From the NCBI GenBank assembly GCA_964202905.1, contig CAXNJO010000014.1, forward strand, positions 1-64,000: DNA of 64,000 bases. The letters run 5' to 3'. Shown piece by piece: positions 1-9,731 of the stretch. The notes under the pieces are model-generated. The model had not been told where the DNA came from and ran no database searches. It worked only from the letters and a program-made list of their open reading frames with translations. Each line of letters opens with the position of its first letter. Within the stretch, counting starts at the first letter, position 1. A program made the position numbers and the translations under genes. The DNA comes from Polyangiales bacterium (lineage in GTDB: Bacteria > Myxococcota_A > Polyangia > Polyangiales > JADJQN01).

Positions 1-73
1 TGCCCAGGGACGGAATCGAACCGCCGACACGGGGATTTTCAATCCCCTGCTCTACCAACTGAGCTACCTGGGC
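1..73 (-). tRNA. tRNA-Phe (GAA)
   Basis: Reverse complement GCCCAGGTAGCTCAGTTGGTAGAGCAGGGGATTGAAAATCCCCGTGTCGGCGGTTCGATTCCGTCCCTGGGCA forms a cloverleaf with D loop, GAA anticodon and TTCGA T loop. The 3' end lies at the window edge. Confidence 0.97.
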
Positions 74-84
74 GAAGGGTGCCG

Positions 85-112
85 AAGATACCCGGCGACG
101 CCGGGGTGTCAA
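85..112 (-). promoter_or_regulatory. sigma70-like promoter of tRNA-Phe
   Basis: Minus strand TTGACA-N16-TATCTT directly upstream of the tRNA. Confidence 0.7.
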
Positions 113-169
113 GAACGTCCGACCGGCAAGTTGCTCTTCTCGAGCCCAAGCGCGTTACACTGTGCGCCC

Positions 170-1225
170 ATGTCTCAGGGAGCACTGGACGCGCTACGTC
201 GACTGATGGGAGAGGCCGCCGCCGGCGGGCAGGCCAAGGTCGACGCCGTCACGGCGCTGTCGCAGCGCACGCTGTTCGTGCCCACGTGGCGCATCGGCGA
301 CGACGGCTTCCGCACCGTGATGAGCTCGAGCGGCGTCGCGGCGCTGCCCGTCTGGGTCGAGCTCGCGGGCCTCGAGGAGGCGTCGCGCTCGCTCGGTTGG
401 GCCATGCCCGACGGGCGCTTCGCCTTCAAGGAGGTGGGCGCGCGCGCCGCGCTAGGCCACGCGCTCGCGAACAACCTGCTCGTCGTCGTCGAGTTGGGCA
501 GCGATCCGTCGATGGAGATCGAGCAGGAGGAGCTGCGGCCGCTCCTCGCGCCGCGCGGGCGGAGCGAGTCCTCGAGCGGCTTCGCGGCTGCCGGGCGGCT
601 GGACGTGCCGGTCGTCGCCGCCGCGCGCTCGCTCACGCCGCCGTCCGGCATGCCGCGGGTCACGCCGACCCCGCCCGCGCGTATGCCGACGCCGATCGCC
701 GCACCCGCGGGCTACGTCCCCGGCACGCCGGCGCGCAAGCCGCAGCGCTTCGACTCCGAGCACCCGCCTGCGCCGCGTCCGTCGTACGCCGAGCCACAGC
801 GGGCTTCGGTCGCCGAGCCGCAGCAGCCCTCGCTGGCGCAGCCTGGGACACAGCGTCCCGCGATCCGGCCTCCCGTTGCGGTGCAGGCCACGTTCGGCTC
901 GGGGCCGGGCGCGGTGACGATCGGGCCGCTGCAATCCGAGGCGGGTGACACGCTGCTGCGCGCGCTCGCGGACTCCCTGCGCGAGTACCCGGAGGTCGAG
1001 TGGGCGCTGCTCGCGTCCGTCGCGCGCGGGCCTGCCGCGGCGGCGCCGACGGTGGCCGTCCGCGTGGACGCCTCGTTCCGGATGCGCGTCGGCGAGATCG
1101 TCGCGGCGGTGCGCGCCGCCGCTGCGGGAGCGGGCGCAGGGCTCGACGTGCTGCTCCTCGACGACGCGCAGCTCATGCGGCAGGCCCGCGCGGCCGGCCA
1201 GCCCTTCTATCCGTGGCGACGCTGA
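170..1225 (+). CDS. SseB-family protein (N-terminal SseB domain, Pro-rich linker, SseB_C-like domain)
   Basis: LFVP...ALPVW pattern; C-terminal LREYPEVEWALL...PFYP; ATG at 170. Confidence 0.65.
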   Translation: MSQGALDALRRLMGEAAAGGQAKVDAVTALSQRTLFVPTWRIGDDGFRTVMSSSGVAALPVWVELAGLEEASRSLGWAMPDGRFAFKEVGARAALGHALANNLLVVVELGSDPSMEIEQEELRPLLAPRGRSESSSGFAAAGRLDVPVVAAARSLTPPSGMPRVTPTPPARMPTPIAAPAGYVPGTPARKPQRFDSEHPPAPRPSYAEPQRASVAEPQQPSLAQPGTQRPAIRPPVAVQATFGSGPGAVTIGPLQSEAGDTLLRALADSLREYPEVEWALLASVARGPAAAAPTVAVRVDASFRMRVGEIVAAVRAAAAGAGAGLDVLLLDDAQLMRQARAAGQPFYPWRR

Positions 1226-1286
1226 GCGCAGCGCACGCGGCGCGCCACCGCTGGCATCCGCCCGCATCTCGGCCACAAGGGTCCCG

Positions 1287-2636
1287 GTGAGCGAGGTCTT
1301 CGGCGGCGCGTCCCCGCGCCTCGTCACGACGCTGCCGGGCGCGCGCGCCGCGGCGCTCGTCGAGACGCTCGCGCGGACGGAGTGCCCCGCGCTGACGGCG
1401 CGGCGGGCGCGGCGCGCCGAGACGTCCGGCGCGAGCCACGACCCGATCGTGTGGGCCCGCGCGCGCGGCGCGAACGTCGAGGACGTCGACGGGAACGTCT
1501 TCGTCGATCTCACCGCAGGCTTCGGCGCCGCGGCCGTCGGTCACGCGCACCCGCGCGTCGTCGCGGCGGTCGGGACGCAGTCCGAGCGGCTCCTGCACGC
1601 CCTCGGTGACGTGCACCCCTCCGACGTGAAGGTCGCGCTGCTCGCGCGGCTGGCTGCGCTCGCCCCCTTCCCCGCGGCGCGCGTCATCCTCGGGCTCTCC
1701 GGCGCCGACGCGATCGAGGCCGCGCTGAAGACCGCCTGCCTCGCGACGGGCCGCCCGGGCGTGCTCGCGTTCGCGGGCGGCTATCACGGACTCTCCTACG
1801 GCACGCTCGCGGCGTGCGGCTACAAAGACGCCTTCCGCGCGCCATTTGCCGGGCAGCTCGGTCCGCACGTCACGCTCGCCCCGTATCCGGCCGCGGGCGA
1901 CGGTGCCTCGTATCGACACGCCATCGCGACGCTCACGCGCGCGTGGGACGCAGCCCCCGTCCCGATCGGCGCGGTGCTGTTCGAGCCGGCGCAGGGGCGT
2001 GGCGGCATGGTGTTCCCGCCGCGCGGCTTCCTCGAAGCGCTCGCGGAGATCGCGCGGGAGCGCGGCGCGCTGCTCGTCGCGGACGAGATCTACACGGGCC
2101 TCGGGCGCTGCGGCGCGACGTGGCTCTCTGTCGCGGAGGGCGTCGTCCCCGATCTGCTCGTGACGGGCAAGGCGCTCGGCGGCGGCATGCCCGTGAGCGC
2201 GTGCATCGGCCGCGCGGAGGTGATGCGCGCTTGGGGCGATCCGGGCGGCGAGGCGATCCACACGAGCACCTTCCTCGGCCACCCGCCCTCGTGCGCGGCC
2301 GCGCTCGCGGCGCTCGACGTGCTCGAGGAGGAACAGCTCGGCGCGCGGGCCACCCAGGTCGGCGAGGCCTTCCGCGACCGGCTGCGCGAGGCGCTCGGCG
2401 GACACCGCTGCGTGCGCGGCGTGCGCGGCGCGGGGCTGATGATCGGCGTGGAGCTCGACGGCGGCGCACGCGGTCTGCGCATGGTCCGCAGGGTGCTCGA
2501 GCGCGGCTGGCTCGTGCTCCCGGCCGGGCCCGACGCGCGCGTGATCGCGCTGACGCCACCGCTCACCATCGCGGCGCGGCTGCTCGACGGCTTCGCCGCG
2601 GCGCTCGACGACGCGCTCACCGAGGACGGGCCGTGA
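1287..2636 (+). CDS. Class III (omega/ornithine-type) PLP aminotransferase
   Basis: DVDGNVFVD, GHAHP, LSGADAIEAALK, GYHG, FEPAQGRGG, DEIYTGLGR, PDLLVTGKALGGG (PLP Lys); start uncertain. Confidence 0.9.
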   Translation: MSEVFGGASPRLVTTLPGARAAALVETLARTECPALTARRARRAETSGASHDPIVWARARGANVEDVDGNVFVDLTAGFGAAAVGHAHPRVVAAVGTQSERLLHALGDVHPSDVKVALLARLAALAPFPAARVILGLSGADAIEAALKTACLATGRPGVLAFAGGYHGLSYGTLAACGYKDAFRAPFAGQLGPHVTLAPYPAAGDGASYRHAIATLTRAWDAAPVPIGAVLFEPAQGRGGMVFPPRGFLEALAEIARERGALLVADEIYTGLGRCGATWLSVAEGVVPDLLVTGKALGGGMPVSACIGRAEVMRAWGDPGGEAIHTSTFLGHPPSCAAALAALDVLEEEQLGARATQVGEAFRDRLREALGGHRCVRGVRGAGLMIGVELDGGARGLRMVRRVLERGWLVLPAGPDARVIALTPPLTIAARLLDGFAAALDDALTEDGP

Positions 2637-3816
2637 GCACGGCGCCCGCCCACGGCCCCGGCCACGTCGCGCGCGACGACCCGCGGCGCCTCGCCCTCGC
2701 CGCCCGGTGCGCCGCGCTCATCGACGCCGCGCGCGCCGCCGAGCCCATCGAGGCCGCGCGCGAGCACTTGCTCGCCGACCTCGGCGCCTTCCAGGCCGAA
2801 CATACGCCGCCCTACGTTCGCCTCGCGGCGGCGGCACGACGCGCGAGCGCACCCAAGACCGGACACGCTGCCCCGCGCTCCCGACGGATGTGTTCCGCAT
2901 GGCCCGGGTCTCCACCTACGACGCCACCGAAGACACGCGCGTCTTCCGCACCTCGGGCACGACGAGCGGGGCACGCGGCGCGCACCCCTTCCGCGACCTC
3001 TCGCTCTACGACCGCGCAGCGCGCGCAGCGGCCGACGCGGCGCTCTTCCCCGATCTCGCGGCACGCGGCGCGCAACGGCGCACCATGCGGCTCGTCGTGC
3101 TCGCACCGCGCGAAAGCGAGGCGCCCGACTCGTCGCTCTCGTACATGCTCGCGCGCTTCGCGGAGTGGTACGGCGACCCGCGCGAGGGCGGCGTGACGTA
3201 CGCCTTCGAGGACGGCGCCGTGGACGGCGACGCGCTCACGGCCGCGCTCGGGCGCGCCGCGCGGGACGCCGCACCCGTGGCGCTGCTCGGCACGTCCTTC
3301 GCGTTCGTGTTCGCGGAGGACGCGCTCGGCACACGCCGCTTCGCGTTGCCACCGGGCTCGCGCGTGATGCAGACGGGCGGCTTCAAGGGACGCACGCGCA
3401 CGCTCGAGCCCGAGGAGATGCGCGCGCTGCTCTGCGGGCGTTACGGCGTGCCCGACGCGCACGTCATCGCGGAGTACGGGATGACCGAGCTCTCGTCGCA
3501 ACTCTACGAGGGCACGCTCGCCGACGCGCTCGGCGGCGGGCCCGTCGCCCCCCGCGCGCTGCGGGTGCCCCCGTGGGTGCGCGCGACGCCGGTGGACCCG
3601 GAGACGCTCGAGCCCGTCGCGCCGGGCGAGGTGGGCGTGTTGCGCCTCGACGATCCCGCCAACCTCGACTCGGTCTGCGCGGTGCAGACCTCCGACCTCG
3701 CGCGATGCGTGGAGGGCGGCCTCGCCCTGATCGGACGCGCGCCGGGCGCGGTGCCACGAGGCTGCTCGCTCGCGATCGAGGAGGCGCTCGCGCCCCTGGA
3801 GGCGCGGGGTGACTGA
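2633..3816 (+). CDS. LuxE-like acyl-protein synthetase, frameshifted near 2830-2870
   Basis: GTG overlaps the upstream stop (GTGA). N-terminus (FQAEHTPPYVRL) and body (PALPTDVF, FRTSGTT, MQTGGFKG, EYGMTEL, C-terminal RGCS) lie in different frames. Confidence 0.8.
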
Positions 3817-5059
3817 GGCTCCGGAACCGCAGGCGCTCCGCGCGCTGGCCCTGCGCCTCCGGGATAGCGGCGCCGCGTTGCGCGCGCTCTCGCCGGGCGA
3901 GCGTGCCGACGCCATCGGCCGCGCTGCCGCGCGCCTCGCGGACCCCTCCGATCCACTCGGACAGGAAGCGCGCGCGCGCCTCGCCGAGTCGAGCGAGCAC
4001 GACCCCGCGATGGTCGAGTGGGGGCTCCGCACCACGCTCACCGCGGACGCCGCCGACGCGCTGCGCACGCTGCACTCGGTGTGGCAGCCGCACGCGACCG
4101 AGCTGATCGCGCAGCCCGCGCGGCTCGCCGTCGTCGTGCTCGCCGGCAACGTCTTCACCGCGGGCTTTCGCGCGTTGGCGCTGCCGCTGCTCGTCGGCGC
4201 GCCGACGCTCGTCAAGGCGTCGTCGCGCGACGACGTGTTCCCCCGGCTCTTCGCCCGTGCGCTCGCCGCAGAGGCGCCGCGCCTCGGCGACGCGCTCGGC
4301 GTCGCGACCTTCCCGCGGGGCGACGAAGCCCGCGAAGCGGCGCTGCTCGAGCACGCCGACAGCGTCTCCGTGTACGGCTCGGAGGCGACGATCGCCGCGG
4401 TACGCGCGCGGCTCGCGCCGAGCGTCGCGTTCGCCGGACACGGCCACGGCGTCGGCGCTGCGTACGTGCCCTACGCCGCGCTCGAGACCACGGCGGATGC
4501 CCGCGAGGCCGCGCAGCGCCTCGCCCTCGACATCGCCGCGTACGACCAGCGCGGCTGCCTCTCACCACACGTCGTCTTCGTCGCGCGCTCGGGGCGCGTC
4601 GTGCCGCGCGAATTCTCGCGCCTGCTCGCGGACGACGGCCTCGCGCCGCTCGCGCGCACGCTGCCACGCGGCGCGCTGCCCATGGACCTCGGCGCACAGC
4701 AACTCCAGTGGCGTGGGCTCGGCGTCGTGCGGGGCGAGCTCTTCGAAGGCGATGGCTTCGCCGTGTCCTACGAGGCCGACGGCCCACTCCGCCTGAGCCC
4801 CGGCTACCGCAACGTGCTCGTGCTCGAGTGCGGCGACCCACGCGAACTCGCGCGCCGCCTCGCGCCGCTCGGCGTGCACCTCAAGGCGCTCGGCGTCGGC
4901 GGCGGGCCCTCGCAGCGCGCCGAGGTCGCCCGCGCGCTCGAGGCCCCGCTCGCACCGCGCCTCTCCCCGCTCGGTGCGATGCAGACGCCCGGCCTCGGCG
5001 GCCCCGCGGACGCGCTCGATCCACTCGCACCCTTCCGCCGCTTCCTCGCGCTCGACTGA
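3809..5059 (+). CDS. LuxC-like acyl-CoA/acyl-protein reductase
   Basis: LAGNV, LVKASS, VYGSEATI, DQRGCLSP (catalytic Cys); overlaps the luxE-like stop. Confidence 0.85.
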   Translation: MTEAPEPQALRALALRLRDSGAALRALSPGERADAIGRAAARLADPSDPLGQEARARLAESSEHDPAMVEWGLRTTLTADAADALRTLHSVWQPHATELIAQPARLAVVVLAGNVFTAGFRALALPLLVGAPTLVKASSRDDVFPRLFARALAAEAPRLGDALGVATFPRGDEAREAALLEHADSVSVYGSEATIAAVRARLAPSVAFAGHGHGVGAAYVPYAALETTADAREAAQRLALDIAAYDQRGCLSPHVVFVARSGRVVPREFSRLLADDGLAPLARTLPRGALPMDLGAQQLQWRGLGVVRGELFEGDGFAVSYEADGPLRLSPGYRNVLVLECGDPRELARRLAPLGVHLKALGVGGGPSQRAEVARALEAPLAPRLSPLGAMQTPGLGGPADALDPLAPFRRFLALD

Positions 5060-5181
5060 GCACAGCGGCTCCGCGAGTCCGGTCTCACGCGCGCATGACA
5101 CCCTGCGACGCAGCGCGCGCCACGCCAGCGCGCCCGGTCCGACTCCGCCCGCACGCCGACGCGCGCCGCGCGCCTGCGCCG

Positions 5182-5919
5182 TCAAACGCCGATGAAGAGT
5201 CGGTGTCCGAAGTTGCGCTCGAGATTCCCCGCGAAGATCTTCGAGGCCGCGCTCTCGATGTCGTACTCGACGCGCTTGAACTCGAACTCGCGTTTGTCGG
5301 TGTCGAAGATCGTGTAGCTCGCGCGGTTGTCGTAGTCGCGCGGCTGCCCCACGGAGCCGACGCTCACGATGTACTTCCAGCCCTTGCGCAGGGTGAAGCG
5401 CCGCGGCGGCAGCTCCTCGACCTCACCCGCCCGCAACGCGAACACCTTGCAGAGGTGCGAGTGGCCGATGAGCGTGAGATCGCCGAGGTCGTGCCACATG
5501 GCGAGGCACTCGCGCGCCTGCTCGGGCGCGAAGATGTACTCGAACTCCTCGATGCGCAGCGGCGAGCCGTGGCAGAGGTGGAGGCCGACGTCGTTCAGCT
5601 CGTGCTTGTAGGGCAGCGATTTCAGCCACGCCATGTTGTCCGGCGTGAGCTGGTTGGCGTGCGTGTCGAGCGCCTGGCGCGCGGCCTCGTAGTAGTACGA
5701 GTAGTCCATGCGACCGGCGACGGCCGCGTCGTGGTTGCCGAGGATCGTCACCTCGGCGACGCGACGCACGATGTCGGCGCACTCGTTCGGGCTCGCGCCG
5801 TAACCGACGACGTCCCCGAGACAGTAGTAGCGGTCGATCCGCTCGTGACTCAGCGCCTCCATCACGGCGCTGAGCGCCTCGATGTTCGCGTGGACGTCGC
5901 TGAAGATGCCGAAACGCAT
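5182..5919 (-). CDS. Calcineurin-like metallophosphoesterase (YfcE-like)
   Basis: SDVHAN, CLGDVVGYG, GNHD, HGSP, GHSH, GSVGQPRD motifs. Confidence 0.93.
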   Translation of the reverse strand: MRFGIFSDVHANIEALSAVMEALSHERIDRYYCLGDVVGYGASPNECADIVRRVAEVTILGNHDAAVAGRMDYSYYYEAARQALDTHANQLTPDNMAWLKSLPYKHELNDVGLHLCHGSPLRIEEFEYIFAPEQARECLAMWHDLGDLTLIGHSHLCKVFALRAGEVEELPPRRFTLRKGWKYIVSVGSVGQPRDYDNRASYTIFDTDKREFEFKRVEYDIESAASKIFAGNLERNFGHRLFIGV

Positions 5920-6000
5920 GCGTGGCCGTGTGTATAGGGTGACCGTGTCGGGATGTAAATGGCCGTGGTGACGTGACGTCACCCACGTCGCCGGATGCGG

Positions 6001-8916
6001 TCAGAGATCGGCGAGGTCGGCGTCGGGCGCGGTGCCCGCCAGCTCTTGGTAAAAGCGCCGCGAGAAGGCCTTGACCGGGTCACCCTCATCCAGCGGACGC
6101 TCGCCGCGGACCTCCTGCGCATCGCGGCGCGCCTCGTCCTCGCGGACGATCGCCTGCTGCGCGATCCGCATGAGCTTCTCGCCCTCGGACTCGTCCCGCG
6201 CGAGCGCCCGCAGCGCCTCACGGGAACCTGCATTCGCGGCGTGCGCGAGCGCGTATGCGAACCGCTCATCGACGCTCTTCGGCTCACGGGCAGCGCGAAG
6301 CAACGGCCGATAGCTGGCCTGCCCGAGCTCACCGAGGATGCGCGCGACCTCCTTCCAGACCTCGCTCTCCTCGCTCTGGAGCAGGTGCAGCAGCGGCACC
6401 ACGGCGCGGCGCAGCTTCAGCTGGCCGAGCGCGAGCGCCGAGGCCTGCCGCACGAACGTCTTGCGCGCAGAGAGACCATCGATGAGCACGTCACCGCTCG
6501 CCTCACCGAAGCCGACCACCTTCGCCGAGACCTGCACGACCTCGGGACGCGGCATCTTGCGTGCCGCCTTGAACACCGCCTCGACGAGCTCGGCATCGCC
6601 CCGCCGGCACAGCTCGAGCGCCGCGGCGCGGCGGGCCCGCGGGTGTTCGAGCAAGAGCACCAACTCCGGCGGGCCCATTTGCGCGAGCTTCGAGAGATCG
6701 ATGTCGCCGACGCCGCGTCCCTCGTCGCCGCGAACGGCACGGATCGCCTGCCACGCGACGTCGTGCGTCTCGGAGTCCATCGCGATCTCGTACTCGGCCG
6801 CGGCCGCGAGCAAGGCCTCCCAGTTCGCCGCGAGTTCCTCCGCGCTGAGGCCTCCGCGCCCCTTCGCGCCCGCCGTCCGCCTGAACGACTCGATCTGCCG
6901 CGTCACGAGCTCGCCCGGCTCGTTCGCGAGTCCAATCGTCACCGCGCGGTCGCGCAGCGGCGCGGGGAGCGCCACACCGAAGTCGATCGCGTCCTCGAGG
7001 GTGCGCGCGAACGTCGCGTCGACGGAAGCCCGCGGCACCGAGAGCACGAGCAATGCGCGATCGAGGCGCTCGGGGCTCGCCCAGGCCGCGAGCCGCGCGA
7101 CGCCAGCCGCCGCGTCCCGCGCGTTCGTCGAAGCACCGGCCGCGGCCGTGAACGGCTGCGCCGCCTCGCGCACGGGCGGGGGCGCCGCGAGCGCGCGCTC
7201 GCACGCGGTCGCGCCGTCGACCTGCGCGTCGGGCATCTTCCCCGCCTTCTCGAGGATGAGCGCGACGTTCTCCTCGCGCGGCGCCACAACTTCCAGCGTG
7301 CGCACGTAGCGGCCGTCGGCCGCGTGGAGCGCGACGCGGGAGGCGAAGCGCTGACGCAACACGTCCAGCACGGCGCGGTGCGCAATCTCGCGCGGGTCGA
7401 GTGCCGCGCGGCGCACGTAGGGCCGCCCCTCCTCCCCGGCAGCGACGAGCGCGAGGAGCACGACGGGGTGCCCCTGCACGACCGCGAGCTGCACGAGCAG
7501 GTCCGCGCCTCCGTCGAACGCCGCCTCACGCCCAGCGTCGAGTCGCGCGAAGAGCCTCACGCCATCCTCCAAGATGGCCTCGAGCTCGCGCTCCGCGTCC
7601 CGCAGGAAGCCCGGCGGCGGCGGCACGGAGCCGCCGGGGGAGGCGGGCGCGATCGACGCGGGCGGGGCCGATGCGTTCGACACCGTCTCAGCGGGCCGCG
7701 CCTCGACGGGCGAGAGCGGGGGCGGCGCCGCAGAGAGCCGCTGAGAAACGCTGCCGATCGTCGTGCGCGCCTCGTCGAGCGCGTGCACGTCGGTCGTCGG
7801 CTCGGCGGGCATCCTCACGACCCCCGTGTCCTCGAGGGAATCCGTCGCGTCGAGCTCCTCGATCTCCTCCGCAACCTCGTCGTCACCGACCTCGTCGTCC
7901 GCGTTCAGCTCTTCCGCGACCTCGGCCTCATCGACGAGCTCCTCGACCTGGTCCTCGATCCGCGCGTTGCCCCGCGCAGCGACGACCGGCACCTCGGACA
8001 CCTCGTCCGACTCCACGCCCGCCTCGACCGCCGCGGCGAGCCCATCGTCCTCGGGCAGCGGCTGCGTGAGCGCGATGCGGGACGACGCAGGCGGCGGGGG
8101 CACGCTGGGCGCGGCGAGCGGGAGCGTCGCGGGCGCGGGCACCGACGCCGGACGCGCCGCGGCCGCGGTGAGCGCAGCGGTGAGTTCCGCCTCGCGCGCG
8201 CGCAACGCCTCGAGGCGCGCGGCGAGTTCCTCCTCCCGCTGCGCGAGGTCGCGCTGGCCGGCCTCGACCTCCTCCTCACGCGTACGCAGCTCGTCCTCGC
8301 GCGTCGTCAGGCCCTCGCCGCGGACCGCGAGTCGCTCTTCGCGCGCCGCGAGGTGCTCTTCGCGCCGCGACAGCTCCGCATCACGCGCGTCCTGCGAGGC
8401 ATCGCGCGACTCCTGCGCGGCACGGCGCGCCGCCAGACCCGCCCCCGCGGTCTGCCCCGGAGGCAGCGCGAGGTACGCCGCGAGCTCCGTGACACCGACG
8501 ACGGCCGTCGCCTCTTGTGCGTACGCAGGCACGGCGTGCGCGGTGTCCTTCGCGAGCCGGGCGAGCAGCGCCGCGCGCTCCGCGAGCACCGTGTGCCGGA
8601 GCGCCTCGGGCACCACCACGCAGAGCTTCCGCAGCGCGGGGTCGTGATAGACGAAAGGGATCGCGAGCTCTTCGCCGGACTCGAAGCGATGCAGCCCGCC
8701 CGCGAGCGTCGGCTCGCGCAGCGCCGGGTCCATCCCGACATTCACCGCCCGATAGACCTGCACCGAGCGCACGTGCGCATCTGGCAGCGTCACGAGCATG
8801 GGCTCGAGCCGCGTGAGACCGGCCTCACCCGTGTACGGCAGCTCGGGGGCCTCCCCCTCCGCGGCAGGATGTTCGAACGAGCGCGACGTCTGGGCGACCG
8901 ACGATCCCTTGTTCAT
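6001..8916 (-). CDS. Large multidomain protein: CpXC-like N-domain, coiled coil, acidic linker, C-terminal HEAT repeats
   Basis: RBS GAGGAG before the ATG; VN..DPALRE..L.G.L..F..PFVYHDP; heptad L..RE repeats; FVRQASALALGQL..AVVPLLHLL HEAT-type repeats. Confidence 0.75.
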   Translation of the reverse strand: MNKGSSVAQTSRSFEHPAAEGEAPELPYTGEAGLTRLEPMLVTLPDAHVRSVQVYRAVNVGMDPALREPTLAGGLHRFESGEELAIPFVYHDPALRKLCVVVPEALRHTVLAERAALLARLAKDTAHAVPAYAQEATAVVGVTELAAYLALPPGQTAGAGLAARRAAQESRDASQDARDAELSRREEHLAAREERLAVRGEGLTTREDELRTREEEVEAGQRDLAQREEELAARLEALRAREAELTAALTAAAARPASVPAPATLPLAAPSVPPPPASSRIALTQPLPEDDGLAAAVEAGVESDEVSEVPVVAARGNARIEDQVEELVDEAEVAEELNADDEVGDDEVAEEIEELDATDSLEDTGVVRMPAEPTTDVHALDEARTTIGSVSQRLSAAPPPLSPVEARPAETVSNASAPPASIAPASPGGSVPPPPGFLRDAERELEAILEDGVRLFARLDAGREAAFDGGADLLVQLAVVQGHPVVLLALVAAGEEGRPYVRRAALDPREIAHRAVLDVLRQRFASRVALHAADGRYVRTLEVVAPREENVALILEKAGKMPDAQVDGATACERALAAPPPVREAAQPFTAAAGASTNARDAAAGVARLAAWASPERLDRALLVLSVPRASVDATFARTLEDAIDFGVALPAPLRDRAVTIGLANEPGELVTRQIESFRRTAGAKGRGGLSAEELAANWEALLAAAAEYEIAMDSETHDVAWQAIRAVRGDEGRGVGDIDLSKLAQMGPPELVLLLEHPRARRAAALELCRRGDAELVEAVFKAARKMPRPEVVQVSAKVVGFGEASGDVLIDGLSARKTFVRQASALALGQLKLRRAVVPLLHLLQSEESEVWKEVARILGELGQASYRPLLRAAREPKSVDERFAYALAHAANAGSREALRALARDESEGEKLMRIAQQAIVREDEARRDAQEVRGERPLDEGDPVKAFSRRFYQELAGTAPDADLADL

Positions 8917-9017
8917 GGAGTCTCCTCGGCCGAGATCGGTATCACGAATCACGTCGCGATCCGCACGTCGCGTGCGTCGGGCGGGCGAGCGCGCCCGCAC
9001 GTATACTCGCGCGGCCC

Positions 9018-9620
9018 ATGACGTCCCCCACCCGCCCTGCTGCCGCGCCCGATCACATCCAGGACCTCGCCGAGGGCTGCGTGCGCTTCGTCGAGCGCGC
9101 CCTCGGCCTGACGTTGGACTACACGCCCGAGACGCTCCCGCTCGTCGATCACTGGCTGCGGACGGCCTGCGCGCCGACGCCTGAGATGCTCGAGCTCACT
9201 GCACCGGCCGCGGGCGCCTACTTCGGCGAGGTCGTGCGACGCGCACTCGGGGACGCCCGCTGGTACGCGCCCGTCGGCGAGCCGCAGCGCTGGCGCCTCG
9301 AATACGAGCACGTCTTCCTCGCCTTCAACCCCATCGGCACCGCGGTCGAGGCCGCAACGGGCGACCATGTCGACGGCTGGTCCGCTGAGTTCGCGTTGCT
9401 GCCGGCAGACCGCGCGACGCTCGAGGATGCGCTCGCTCGCACCACCGGCGACCTCCGTGAGGACGACTTCTTCCGCCTCGCCGTGCGCTACGACGTCGTC
9501 GAGCAGATTGTCGAAACGCTGCGCGCCCTCGCCGCAGCGCGACTGGAGGTAGACCGCTACTTCGGCGCCGAGGTTTACGCGGCCGCAAACGCGCTCTCCT
9601 CGCCCACCACGTTGCACTGA
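9018..9620 (+). CDS. Hypothetical protein with LDYT.E.L..VD / GAYFGEV motif
   Basis: Clean ORF with typical codon bias and a globular-looking sequence. Confidence 0.7.
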   Translation: MTSPTRPAAAPDHIQDLAEGCVRFVERALGLTLDYTPETLPLVDHWLRTACAPTPEMLELTAPAAGAYFGEVVRRALGDARWYAPVGEPQRWRLEYEHVFLAFNPIGTAVEAATGDHVDGWSAEFALLPADRATLEDALARTTGDLREDDFFRLAVRYDVVEQIVETLRALAAARLEVDRYFGAEVYAAANALSSPTTLH

Positions 9621-9731
9621 CCAGGCCCGCGTCGGCCCGCGCCACCTGGCTGGGCGGGATCGCGAGACGCATGCGCGGCGGGGTCGCGAGACGCGTGCGC
9701 GGCGCGCCCGCATCCGCAGCCGCCGCCACGC

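Noticed and set aside
1..1225. Integrative element at tRNA-Phe
   Set aside because: No integrase or att duplicate is seen, and the tRNA 3' side lies outside the window.
2633..5059. Bioluminescence (lux) operon
   Set aside because: No luxA/luxB luciferase or luxD in the window; luxCE homologues alone do not imply light emission.
5995..9021. 1008-aa plus-strand ORF and other long antisense ORFs (e.g. 41239-43107, 48549-50432, 58745-60700)
   Set aside because: They are shadow ORFs opposite real genes, expected from high-GC codon bias, and carry no recognisable motifs.
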